From a virus (lineage: Duplodnaviria > Caudoviricetes), in the IMG/VR virus record IMGVR_UViG_3300011335_000529, positions 1 through 27,232 of that record: DNA of 27,232 nt, one strand, 5' to 3'. Below the pieces are notes generated by a model that worked only from the letters and a program-made list of their open reading frames with translations, had not been told where the DNA came from and did no database searches. Below, piece after piece: positions 8,328-17,054 of this stretch. The translations under genes and the position numbers were made by a program. Each line of letters begins with the position of its first letter. The stretch's first letter is position 1.

Positions 8328-10772
8328 GTGGCAAATAACGAAGTAGGTTTCACAATAAAGGTTAATGGTATTGATCAAACGGTCAAGTCTTTATCCGAAA
8401 TGGAGCAAGCCATTAGAGATTTAACAAAGGAAGCAAAGTCTGCCGAATATGGTAGCGCTCAATTTGAAGAAATTACAGGTAGAATTCAACAAGCCAAAGC
8501 TGCTGTTAGAGAATTCAAAAACGATACAAGAACCAAAGAAGTAAAAGATCAGTTTAATGATCTTGCTGGCGGTATCGCTGGTTCATTTGATGTGGCTGAA
8601 GGTGCTCTAAAATCTTTTGGTGTAGAATCAAAAGCTTTAGGTGTCATTTCATCTTCTGCGCAAGGTATTATTACTGCAGCCTTAAATGCCAGACAAATTG
8701 CAGAACTTAAAGTAGATGCTGCGGTAGCATTACGTACTACCAGAGAGAAAGCGGCAGCTGCTGGTACAGTTATTTTAAATGCAGTTAATAAAGCCTTAAA
8801 CGTAACATTAAGTTTAAACCCGATTGGTATAATCGTTACAGCGTTAGGTCTTTTAGTTGTTGGTATTTTAGCCGCAATTGGGCCAATCAAAAAATTAATT
8901 AGCCAATTTGATTTCTTAAATGAAGCAGTTACAGTAGTCCTAGATACTTTCCGTAACGTGGCTTCATTCTTAACTGGTGGTTTGATTGATGATGCTGCAA
9001 CTGCTAAAACCAGATCTAATGCAGATAAAATGATTGAATCATTAGATGATGTAGGTTCTGCTAGTAATAAAATGATTGCTGATAGTAAAAGAAGATTGGC
9101 TTTAATGGAAGCCCAAGGTGCAACTGAAGAGCAGTTATTAGAGCAAAAGAAAAAGATTAACAAAGAAGAAGTTGCATCTAGACAAGCAGCTATCGATGCT
9201 TTGTTAAAACTACAACAGATTGATGGTGAACTAGATGAAGACAAGAAAAAGAAGTTAGCAGAATTACAAAATGCTTTAAAAGATTTACAAAATCAAGCAG
9301 CGATTGATCAAGCGCAATTCGATAAAAAGAAAGCTGATGCTACAAAAGCTGCAAATGAAAAAGCTGCAGAAAAAGAGAAAGAGAGAAAAGACAAATATAA
9401 CGAGCATTTAAAAGAAATACAAAAAGCAACTGAAGAATCTGAGAAAAAGATACTTGAATTAAAGCAAAAAGCTGAGATAGATGCCATTAAAGATGCGGAT
9501 CTTAAAGCCCAAAAAGAATTAGAGATTCAACAAAAGAATGCTCGTGATTTATTGCAAGTTGAAATCAATAAACTGGCTCAGAAAAAGAAATTAACTTTAG
9601 AAGAGCAAAAGTTATTAAATAGCTTATACGCACAACAAAAGCAATTATCTACTACACAAGGTCAAGAAACTCAAAACCTTTTAGATGAGCAAGCTAAAGT
9701 TAAAAAAGAAAAAGAGGCTCAATTCCAAAAAGAACTAGAAGAGATCAAATCAACTTCATTCTTAATGAGCATACAAAATCTTAGAGATAGAGCTCGTCAA
9801 GAATTACAAGTAGAATTAGATAAACAAATAGCAGAAGTAAATTCTTCTGAGTTATCAGCAACTCAAAAAGAAGAAAAGATCAATGCCATTAAAGATGTTA
9901 ATAGATTAAAGAGACAAGAGCAAGATAAAACCTTTGCAGAAGAAGATCGTCAAGCACAATTCCAGTTTAACGAAGCTGAGATTAATGATACAAGAAATTC
10001 ATTCGAACAAAGAATTGCTTTAGTAGACGAGAACTTAAAATTAATTAATGAGTCTACTACTTTATCAGAACAAGAAAAGACTGCTGCCATTAAAGCTAAT
10101 GCAGATCAAAGAAAAGCTATTGAACTAGCAGAACTTGAGTACAGAGCTTCTATTGCAACTGCTGGTATGGATTTGGCTGCACAAGCTGGTCAATTCTTAC
10201 AACAAATTGCTGGTAAAAACAAAGGCGTAGCTATTGCAGGTATCGTGGTTGAGCAAGCCGCAGCAATTGGTAAGATTGTAGCTAACACTGCAGTTGCCAA
10301 TGCTAAATCTGTAGCGACATTCCCAATCACAGCGGGTATGCCATGGGTTGCTATTAACACAGCTTCTGCTGCGTTATCAATTGCATCTACTATTGCAAGT
10401 GCCGCTAAATCAATCAGAGAAATTAACTCTGCTGGTGGCGGTAATAGTTCTGGTGGTGCTGGAGCAGCTCCTAAACCTAGCGCAAGTAAATTTGCAGCTG
10501 GTGGTTATGTTAGTGGCGCTGGTACTGGGGTTTCAGATTCTATTCCAGCCATGTTATCAAATGGCGAATCAGTTATTAATGCTAATTCAACTGCTATGTT
10601 TGGTGGTTTATTAAACCAAATTAACCAAGCTGGTGGTGGTGCACCTATACAAACATCAAATGGAGGTGGTGGCAATAACGCTGCGCCTATCTTTAAAACA
10701 TATGTTGTCGCTTCTGATATGACATCACAACAAGAAGCAGATAAACGCATTAATGATTTAGCAAAAATATAA
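8328..10772 (+). CDS. Tail tape measure protein
   Basis: 814 aa, GTG start. Long A/K/E/Q-rich helical coiled coil, hydrophobic NPIGIIVTALGLLV segment, and C-terminal KFAAGGYVSGAGTGVSDSIPAMLSNGESVIN motif typical of tape measure proteins. Confidence 0.85.
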   Translation: MANNEVGFTIKVNGIDQTVKSLSEMEQAIRDLTKEAKSAEYGSAQFEEITGRIQQAKAAVREFKNDTRTKEVKDQFNDLAGGIAGSFDVAEGALKSFGVESKALGVISSSAQGIITAALNARQIAELKVDAAVALRTTREKAAAAGTVILNAVNKALNVTLSLNPIGIIVTALGLLVVGILAAIGPIKKLISQFDFLNEAVTVVLDTFRNVASFLTGGLIDDAATAKTRSNADKMIESLDDVGSASNKMIADSKRRLALMEAQGATEEQLLEQKKKINKEEVASRQAAIDALLKLQQIDGELDEDKKKKLAELQNALKDLQNQAAIDQAQFDKKKADATKAANEKAAEKEKERKDKYNEHLKEIQKATEESEKKILELKQKAEIDAIKDADLKAQKELEIQQKNARDLLQVEINKLAQKKKLTLEEQKLLNSLYAQQKQLSTTQGQETQNLLDEQAKVKKEKEAQFQKELEEIKSTSFLMSIQNLRDRARQELQVELDKQIAEVNSSELSATQKEEKINAIKDVNRLKRQEQDKTFAEEDRQAQFQFNEAEINDTRNSFEQRIALVDENLKLINESTTLSEQEKTAAIKANADQRKAIELAELEYRASIATAGMDLAAQAGQFLQQIAGKNKGVAIAGIVVEQAAAIGKIVANTAVANAKSVATFPITAGMPWVAINTASAALSIASTIASAAKSIREINSAGGGNSSGGAGAAPKPSASKFAAGGYVSGAGTGVSDSIPAMLSNGESVINANSTAMFGGLLNQINQAGGGAPIQTSNGGGGNNAAPIFKTYVVASDMTSQQEADKRINDLAKI

Positions 10773-11254
10773 TGGAATCTATATACGCTTGCTTCATGGA
10801 ACAATTAAAATATTTAACAATAGCTCTACAAAATAGTGCGCATAGAATTATGATAGTAATAGCTGCTTTTTTAGCACCAATATACGGTATCATGTTAACA
10901 GTTGGCGTATGCATATTAGCTGACACAGCAATGGGTGTTTGGAAAGCTAAAAAACTAAAAGAGACTATAACTTCTAGAAAGTTAAGTCAGATTATATCTA
11001 AAATGTTTTTATATCAAGCTACCGTTGTTTTAATCTATGCTGTTGATAAATTCATATTAAATGATATTATTCAACAATTCTTTACAGTACCATTATTAGC
11101 CACTAAATTAGTTGCTTTGACTTTGATCTCAATAGAATTATTTTCAATTGATGAGAATTTTAAAGCAGTTAAAAAGAAAGGTTTTTGGGATTACTTTAAA
11201 GAGTTATCAGCAAGAGCTAAAGATATTAAAAAAGAAGTCGACGACATAAAATAA
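10772..11254 (+). CDS. Holin (phage holin 4/toxin-secretion-holin-like)
   Basis: About three hydrophobic segments, DTAMG..KA, ITSRKL and ELFSIDEN motifs, and a charged C-terminus. The true start could be the second Met at 10796. Confidence 0.75.
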   Translation: MESIYACFMEQLKYLTIALQNSAHRIMIVIAAFLAPIYGIMLTVGVCILADTAMGVWKAKKLKETITSRKLSQIISKMFLYQATVVLIYAVDKFILNDIIQQFFTVPLLATKLVALTLISIELFSIDENFKAVKKKGFWDYFKELSARAKDIKKEVDDIK

Positions 11255-11264
11255 TACATATAGT

Positions 11265-13067
11265 ATGGAACAAAATAAAAGAGTTATAGAATTAGGTATT
11301 ATACCTGAAGACGAAATCAGTGGATGCTCTGCAATTGCATTGGTTGAAGAACCTGCAATTGAATTAGACTTTAGATATTTTAACAAAGAAAAGTTTGTAA
11401 CACCTTCTGCTGGCGAAAGCGAAGATGAGTTTATAAGTCGTTGTATACCAGTTGTAATTGGTGAAGGCAAAGACCAAGATCAAGCTGCAGCTATTTGCTA
11501 TTCATATTGGGACGAGAAGATGTCAACTGAAAAGTTTGAGAGCTATAACGATTACCCAGAATCTGCAAAGAATGCAGCTAAAAGAGCATTAGAAATTAGA
11601 AATAAAAATCCAGATTTAGATTGTGGTACAGCAGTTGGTTGGGTAAGAGCTAATCAATTAGCTAAAGGTGAGAATATCTCAGAAGATACTATCGCTCGCA
11701 TGGCTTCATTTGCAAGACATAAACAAAATAGTGAAGGTAATCCTAATGAAGATTGTGGCGCTTTAATGTGGCTTTGTTGGGGTGGAACTGCGGGTATTGA
11801 ATGGGCATCAAACAAACTAAAAGAAATTAGAGGTGAAGACTTCCAAATTATTAATCCAGACAAAGAAATGATTGATGGAGTGATCGATCTATTAAATGAC
11901 GTCGAAGATCTAGATAATAGATTATCAATGGCTAGAGAAATAGTAGATCAATTTATAGAAGAAGGTGTACAATTTGATATTGTAGATTTTATGAATAGAA
12001 TTGGATTTCATAATTTTGAAATAGACACTACTGGTTTAACATCTTACGTAGATCCAGGAATTAAAAAGAAGCGCATAGAAGAGGTTTATTCTGCAGAAGT
12101 ATTAGATACTATCATTGCAATGGCTGCTGAAATGGGTTACTCTGAGGATGAAGTGGAGATCGTTACACCTAAAGAAAAGTTTGCTAATCCAAAAGATGCA
12201 GACTACACACCAGCTAGAACTATTACACAAGCAGATGGTGTTGAGAAGTTATATCGTTATGAATCATCAAGAGTAGCTGATAATTCTAGATCATTCTGTC
12301 GCAGAATGATGGGATTAAAAAGATTCTACTCAAGAGAAGAGATTGATGCACTAGATACATTTAACGAAGAGTTTGGACCAGGAACTGGTGGTGGTCAATA
12401 CTCAATCTTCTTATACTTAGGTGGAACTAACTGTCAACATTACTGGCAACCATATGAAGCACAAAGAATTGGTAGAAAATTACAATTAACACCAATTGCG
12501 CCAGAATCTAGAGAAGAAATGAGAGCTAATACAGCACCAAGAACCACACAAGGTAGAGGTTATGTTAAAAGACCACAAAGAAGTTTACCACCTTTAGCAG
12601 GTCACTCAGCGTTTAGTAAAATGTTATTTGCTGATGACGAAAAAAAGATTGTAGTCGGAGCTTGTATGATTCCTAATATTGAGATCTATAGAAGAGACGA
12701 AGATGGTGATCCATACTATGTAAAGTTTAGCGAAGAAACCATCAAAGAAATTGCGATGAAGTATATGAAGCAAGCTAGAACTAATGATATTAACCAAGAT
12801 CATATCGAAGACAAAGATGCTGGTACTTATATTTTTGAATCATGGATTGTAGAAGATCCAGAGACAGATAAAGCAAAAACCATTTATGGTTATGATGTGC
12901 CTAAAGGGACTTGGATGTGTGCTATGAAAGTAGAAGATCCTGCAGTATGGAAAAGAATCAAAGATGGTGAATTAAAAGGCTTTTCAGTTGAAGGTTCATT
13001 CGCAGATATGGAAGATTTACAAGCCAGAAAAAATTACGAGAAAATCAAAAGTATTTTAAAAGGATAA
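11265..13067 (+). CDS. Prohead serine protease (XkdF-like) with several inserted modules
   Basis: N-terminal AIALVEEPAIE and C-terminal VGACMIPN...ESWIVED...VPKGTW...IKDGELKGFSVEG resemble XkdF-like proteases. It lies upstream of the scaffold and capsid genes. Confidence 0.8.
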   Translation: MEQNKRVIELGIIPEDEISGCSAIALVEEPAIELDFRYFNKEKFVTPSAGESEDEFISRCIPVVIGEGKDQDQAAAICYSYWDEKMSTEKFESYNDYPESAKNAAKRALEIRNKNPDLDCGTAVGWVRANQLAKGENISEDTIARMASFARHKQNSEGNPNEDCGALMWLCWGGTAGIEWASNKLKEIRGEDFQIINPDKEMIDGVIDLLNDVEDLDNRLSMAREIVDQFIEEGVQFDIVDFMNRIGFHNFEIDTTGLTSYVDPGIKKKRIEEVYSAEVLDTIIAMAAEMGYSEDEVEIVTPKEKFANPKDADYTPARTITQADGVEKLYRYESSRVADNSRSFCRRMMGLKRFYSREEIDALDTFNEEFGPGTGGGQYSIFLYLGGTNCQHYWQPYEAQRIGRKLQLTPIAPESREEMRANTAPRTTQGRGYVKRPQRSLPPLAGHSAFSKMLFADDEKKIVVGACMIPNIEIYRRDEDGDPYYVKFSEETIKEIAMKYMKQARTNDINQDHIEDKDAGTYIFESWIVEDPETDKAKTIYGYDVPKGTWMCAMKVEDPAVWKRIKDGELKGFSVEGSFADMEDLQARKNYEKIKSILKG

Positions 13068-13116
13068 GATAAATATTAAGAGTTTTTCATTTTTATATAG
13101 TTTTATTATTTTTTAG

Positions 13117-13154
13117 AAAGAGAGCCAAGAGTTTTTAATTCTTGGCTCTTTTTT
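13117..13154. terminator. Probable bidirectional intrinsic terminator between convergent genes
   Basis: AGAGCCAAGA (13121-13130) pairs with TCTTGGCTCT (13140-13149), followed by a T run and preceded by an A-rich run. The stop codon of the minus-strand 65 aa gene lies in the loop. Confidence 0.8.
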
Positions 13155-13332
13155 CGTCTATATAACTAACAATAAAACCAATAAAAACAATTAAATTCAT
13201 TCCTAAAGATGTACATATTTCAACTATATCTTCATAAACATTTAACATTAGATGGAGATGTCCTAAAGTCCAGAAGGGAATAGCTAAATTTTGACTAATC
13301 CAAACAATAGTATATTTAAGAAAGTGTTTCAT
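13135..13332 (-). CDS. Small membrane protein, unknown function
   Basis: 65 aa with two hydrophobic stretches. Its start overlaps the upstream stop (TAATG), implying translational coupling. Confidence 0.65.
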   Translation of the reverse strand: MKHFLKYTIVWISQNLAIPFWTLGHLHLMLNVYEDIVEICTSLGMNLIVFIGFIVSYIDEKRAKN

Positions 13333-14135
13333 TACTTTTGATATATTGCAAGATCAGTATTTGATCCAGACGTACCATTATAAATTTTATGACATAAAGA
13401 ATTACGTAACATTAAATCAAATGCATAGTCTTCTGGAAGATTTAAAAGTAAACATGTTTTTTTAACAGCTTTGCGAGTAAACATATTTGGTAATTCATTA
13501 TAAACTTTCATAACATTATTCATCTTACAATTTTTTCCATGCCATCTTTTATGATTTTTTCTATCAACCATTTGTTTACAACATACACATTGTATTTTTT
13601 CATTTGCTTTTAATGTTGCTATTTTTTGAACATTAGCCCAATGTCCTGATTTAACATTTTTTGATCCACCACTTTTTCCAGCTTTACTTTGATGTTGTTT
13701 TGTTTTAATATTTTTAAGTTGTATAGTTTTAAAACTATATCCTAAATTATTAAATTGATTAGTTGCTAAAATATTTGTATTAATAGCATTATTAGTACAT
13801 TTAGTAACATTTAATTTAAATCCTTTATTTCCAGAACAACCATATTCTTTCCACAATTCTAATTTTCGTTCATTTGCTTTATGATTTTCTACAGTACCTA
13901 AAAATCTAAAAGTAGATACATCAAATTTATTTTGATCAATTCTAGCTTTAGGTACATCTACATATTTAGTACCTTTAACTTTCCACTGGCCCTTATGATT
14001 TCTAATCAAATATAAAAGTACTTGTGTATTATCTAATTCTAATAATTTAGCAGCAGCTTTTAAAGCCGGTGAAGTTTCTACAGCCATAAAAGCTGCAAAT
14101 AAACCACCTAATTTTAAAAATGAACGACGATCCAT
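13332..14135 (-). CDS. Tat-signal-bearing degenerate GIY-YIG-like/zinc-finger protein
   Basis: N-terminus MDRRSFLKLGGLFAAFMAV...ALKA fits the twin-arginine consensus. The body carries SKAGK and C-x2-C-x12-H-x3-C, both shared with ORF 25696-26112. Confidence 0.6.
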   Translation of the reverse strand: MDRRSFLKLGGLFAAFMAVETSPALKAAAKLLELDNTQVLLYLIRNHKGQWKVKGTKYVDVPKARIDQNKFDVSTFRFLGTVENHKANERKLELWKEYGCSGNKGFKLNVTKCTNNAINTNILATNQFNNLGYSFKTIQLKNIKTKQHQSKAGKSGGSKNVKSGHWANVQKIATLKANEKIQCVCCKQMVDRKNHKRWHGKNCKMNNVMKVYNELPNMFTRKAVKKTCLLLNLPEDYAFDLMLRNSLCHKIYNGTSGSNTDLAIYQK

Positions 14136-14136
14136 A

Positions 14137-14547
14137 TTATTTTACTTTAGCTTTTTCTTTATATTCATTCCATGTTAAAATCAAACGACCATACGCACGC
14201 TCTTCAGCATCAGTCGTAATCAATCGATCTAAAAATTGAATTTTTTGTTCAATAAAATCAATATCATTTTGAAGATAAAAACTTGCTTGAAACATTGCAT
14301 TAGTAGTAATATACTCAGAATAAAATGAGTCAATTAAAGTGTACATTTTTGCAAGACCAGATTTAAAAGTACCTGGTAATGCAAATTTAGACATTAATTT
14401 TCTATGTGAACTTTGATCGTCAAGTACTTTTTTCTTAACTTGACGTTGTACACCACTAGAAATGTCGCGACCTAATTGACGACCTGCTCCACGGAAGACT
14501 TCCCATACTAGAATGTCAAATCCGCCTTTTTTAAATCCTTTTGCCAT
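14137..14547 (-). CDS. Hypothetical protein (first gene of the minus-strand cassette)
   Basis: 136 aa ORF with an A-rich start context (AAAACAAAACAATT-ATG) and an upstream promoter-like sequence; it ends 1 nt before the next start. Confidence 0.7.
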   Translation of the reverse strand: MAKGFKKGGFDILVWEVFRGAGRQLGRDISSGVQRQVKKKVLDDQSSHRKLMSKFALPGTFKSGLAKMYTLIDSFYSEYITTNAMFQASFYLQNDIDFIEQKIQFLDRLITTDAEERAYGRLILTWNEYKEKAKVK

Positions 14548-14573
14548 AATTGTTTTGTTTTAATGTTATACAG

Positions 14574-14597
14574 TAAATATACGACAAATCCTTGACA
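14574..14597 (-). promoter_or_regulatory. Putative promoter of the minus-strand cassette (TGTCA-N12-ATATTTA)
   Basis: The minus strand reads TGTCAaggatttgtcgTATATTTAc, ending 26 nt upstream of the ATG. TATATTTA resembles the Bacteroidota -7 box TAnnTTTG. Confidence 0.55.
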
Positions 14598-14690
14598 TAA
14601 AAAAATCTGGGGCTAAATATTTTTACTTTTTTTTCACTTTTTTTACAACTGATTGGTTTCCAATAATAAAAATTTTATATATGTAAGATA

Positions 14691-14717
14691 TGTCAGATGA
14701 CATTAAGTCCATATTTA
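14691..14717 (+). promoter_or_regulatory. Putative late promoter (TGTCA-N15-ATATTTA) for scaffold/capsid/tail tube genes
   Basis: TGTCA at 14691-14695 and ATATTTA at 14711-14717; same spacing as the sites at 17004 and 23813. Confidence 0.7.
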
Positions 14718-14762
14718 AGGATATATAGGTTTTAAACCTAACTAAACATAAATTAATTTATT

Positions 14763-15374
14763 ATGACGTACAAACTAAAATTGAACCAGATTAGACAAGT
14801 TCTAAACATGGACATCAAATTAGAATCGGCAAAATTAATCGATGGTGTAACTGTTGTAGAATACGAGAAACTCGAACCTGGGTTCGCAGTTTACGTAGTA
14901 GACGCAGAAGGTAACAAGATTCCTGCACCTGCAGGTTACCATACCTTAGAAGACGGTATCACTAAGATTGAAGTTGATGAAGCTGGTTTGATCATGGAAG
15001 TTTCTAACGAAGGCGCTGAAGCTGACGAAGAAGCATCTGAAGAAGGTCCTGCTGTTGTAGAAGTGTCTGGCGCTGCTGCTGAAGAAGCTGCCGCTGAACC
15101 AAAATTAGATGTTGCGATGGAAGACGCAATCATCGAAAAAATTGCTGAAAGAGTTGAAGAGAAAATGAAAATGATCTTTGAAGCTGTTGAAGAAGTTGCA
15201 AAAGAAGTTTCTACTATTAAAGAAGAAATGGGTGCAATGAAAACTAAAATGGAAAAGTTTTCAAAAGCTCCAGCAGCTACTAAAATTCCAGCGGTTAGCA
15301 CTGCTAAAGTAACTGACGCTATCGATGCATTCGATATGAAGTTAGAAATACTTAAAAATGCAATGAACAAATAA
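14763..15374 (+). CDS. Capsid scaffolding protein
   Basis: 203 aa, acidic and E/A-rich, with PAPAGYHTLEDG motif and a C-terminal coiled coil, immediately before the capsid gene. Confidence 0.75.
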   Translation: MTYKLKLNQIRQVLNMDIKLESAKLIDGVTVVEYEKLEPGFAVYVVDAEGNKIPAPAGYHTLEDGITKIEVDEAGLIMEVSNEGAEADEEASEEGPAVVEVSGAAAEEAAAEPKLDVAMEDAIIEKIAERVEEKMKMIFEAVEEVAKEVSTIKEEMGAMKTKMEKFSKAPAATKIPAVSTAKVTDAIDAFDMKLEILKNAMNK

Positions 15375-15408
15375 ATAAACCCCAAACATTAAAAAAACCT
15401 AAAAAATC

Positions 15409-16347
15409 ATGAGTTTTAATTTATCAGGTCTTACTACATATGTAGACCAAACCTCACAAACTGAATTGATTACTAAAGCGTTGCTTAAACCACAAACTGT
15501 AAATAACTTAACAGTAAAAGCAGGTTTAGTATCAGGTACAGTAAACTTAAACATTTTAGACGCAGTTGCAGACATTAAAGATGCATCTTGTGGCTTTGGA
15601 GCTTCTCAAGTTGGTAACAACTCGACTATCTTCACTCAATTACCTATCGTTGTAGGTGCAAAAATGATGAAAGAGCAATTATGCCCAGACAGTTTATATG
15701 ACTACTGGTTGTCTTCTCAATTATCTGCTAATGCATTACACGAATCAGTTCCTTTTGAAGCAGCTATCGCTGATTTAAAAGTAAGAGAAATCAACAAATA
15801 TGTTGAATCTACTTTATGGGCTGGTGACGGTGCAAACTTAGATGGTTTGTTATTCCAAACTTCAGTTGCTGAAGGCGCAGTAGACGCAACAGCTTATTCT
15901 ACAGCATGGACTGCTGCTAACGCAGTAGCTAACATGTGGGCAGTTATCGATTTAATCCCAGTTGCTTTAAAGCAAGAAGATGATATCGTAGCTTACGTAT
16001 CTTTCTCTACGTTCTCTAAGTTAACTCAAGGATTACAAAAAGAAGGTAACTCTATTTTGTTACAATATCCTAACATTAACAACGTAACTGGTTCTGCTGA
16101 AAATTCTTTCATCTTCCCAGGTACAAACATTAAAGTATTTGCTAGCCCAGGTTTAGTTGATCCAGCAGGTGATTCAGCAGTTATCGTAGGTCCTAAGAAA
16201 TATGCTTTCATGGGTACTGGTATCGTTGACAACCAAGATCAATTTAAATTCTACTACGATCCTTCACAAGACGTTGTAAACTTTATGGCGAAATTCAAAT
16301 TGGGTACTGCTGCTTACGCATCTCAGTTTGTTTCAACTGTAGCATAA
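15409..16347 (+). CDS. Major capsid protein
   Basis: 312 aa with a strongly biased codon pattern (GCT/GCA, AAC, TTC). It follows the scaffold, and its motifs (LTTYVDQ, EQLCP..L..YW, LWAGD) resemble Bacteroidota phage capsids. Confidence 0.85.
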   Translation: MSFNLSGLTTYVDQTSQTELITKALLKPQTVNNLTVKAGLVSGTVNLNILDAVADIKDASCGFGASQVGNNSTIFTQLPIVVGAKMMKEQLCPDSLYDYWLSSQLSANALHESVPFEAAIADLKVREINKYVESTLWAGDGANLDGLLFQTSVAEGAVDATAYSTAWTAANAVANMWAVIDLIPVALKQEDDIVAYVSFSTFSKLTQGLQKEGNSILLQYPNINNVTGSAENSFIFPGTNIKVFASPGLVDPAGDSAVIVGPKKYAFMGTGIVDNQDQFKFYYDPSQDVVNFMAKFKLGTAAYASQFVSTVA

Positions 16348-16366
16348 TTAAACCAATAAACCAATC

Positions 16367-16388
16367 GAGTGGGTCTTCGGACCCACTT
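16367..16388 (+). promoter_or_regulatory. cUUCGg tetraloop hairpin between capsid and major tail genes
   Basis: GAGTGGGTC-TTCG-GACCCACTT, with no downstream T tract. Confidence 0.75.
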
Positions 16389-16415
16389 ACTTAAACAAAA
16401 ATAACAATTTATAAC

Positions 16416-16943
16416 ATGGCTTGTAATATCACATCAGCATTAGCGTTAGATTGTATGAATTCTATTGGTGGTTTAAAAACTGCTTACATTTTAGCTGGTA
16501 CAATTACCTCTACAACTGAAAATATCAGTGGCGAAATCACTGACATCGTAGGTTCTGGTTCTTTCTATCAGTTTGAATTAGCTAAGGACACTGCTTTTTA
16601 CAATGAAACTATTACAGTTTCTAACGTAAACGGTACAGTTTTCTACCAAGGCGAATTAACAATCGTTTTACAAAAAATGAGTGCAGAGAAAAGAAATCAA
16701 ATTTTGTTGCTTGCAGCAAACAGAGATTTAAGAATCGCATTCGAAGATAACAATGGCATCTCATACATCGCTGGTTTAACTAGAGGTATGGTAATGTCTT
16801 CAGGTACAGCAGCTACTGGTACAGCAGTTGGTGACTTGAACGGTTACACTTTAGTATTCCAATCTCAAGAGCCTGCATCAGCTGGTATCTTAGATGGTAC
16901 TGTAGCAGACGTAGTAACTGGTATCACTGTAGTAAACGCATAA
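16416..16943 (+). CDS. Probable major tail (tube) protein
   Basis: 175 aa, beta-rich (MAC...C..SIGG, NGTVFYQ.EL, GTAVGDLNGYTL.F...EP), with codon bias like the capsid gene, directly after it. Confidence 0.65.
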   Translation: MACNITSALALDCMNSIGGLKTAYILAGTITSTTENISGEITDIVGSGSFYQFELAKDTAFYNETITVSNVNGTVFYQGELTIVLQKMSAEKRNQILLLAANRDLRIAFEDNNGISYIAGLTRGMVMSSGTAATGTAVGDLNGYTLVFQSQEPASAGILDGTVADVVTGITVVNA

Positions 16944-16966
16944 TCTTTAATTAGATTATTTTAAAT

Positions 16967-16995
16967 AAAAGGGACTCAAACGAGTCCCTTTTTTT
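16967..16995 (+). terminator. Intrinsic terminator
   Basis: AAAAGGGACTC-aaac-GAGTCCCTTTT followed by TTT. Confidence 0.9.
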
Positions 16996-17003
16996 ATGCT
17001 TTA

Positions 17004-17046
17004 TGTCAAGAAGTAGAATTCGTATATTTATAATTATAAAAAGATT
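17004..17046 (+). promoter_or_regulatory. Putative late promoter (TGTCA-N15-ATATTTA) for the fibre block
   Basis: TGTCA at 17004-17008 and ATATTTA at 17024-17030, directly after the terminator; 24 nt identity with 8296-8319. Confidence 0.7.
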
Positions 17047-17054
17047 CCTAATAG

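Noticed and set aside
8549-10804. Antisense ORFs 8549-9244 and 10505-10804, and alternate-frame ORF 10348-10614
   Set aside because: Their Ser/Ala/Leu-rich composition is what GCT/GAA-rich tape measure codons give in other frames; no independent signals.
11207-16232. Antisense ORFs 11207-11470, 11654-11863, 14936-15385 and 16026-16232
   Set aside because: They overlap well-supported protease, scaffold and capsid genes on the opposite strand; shadows.
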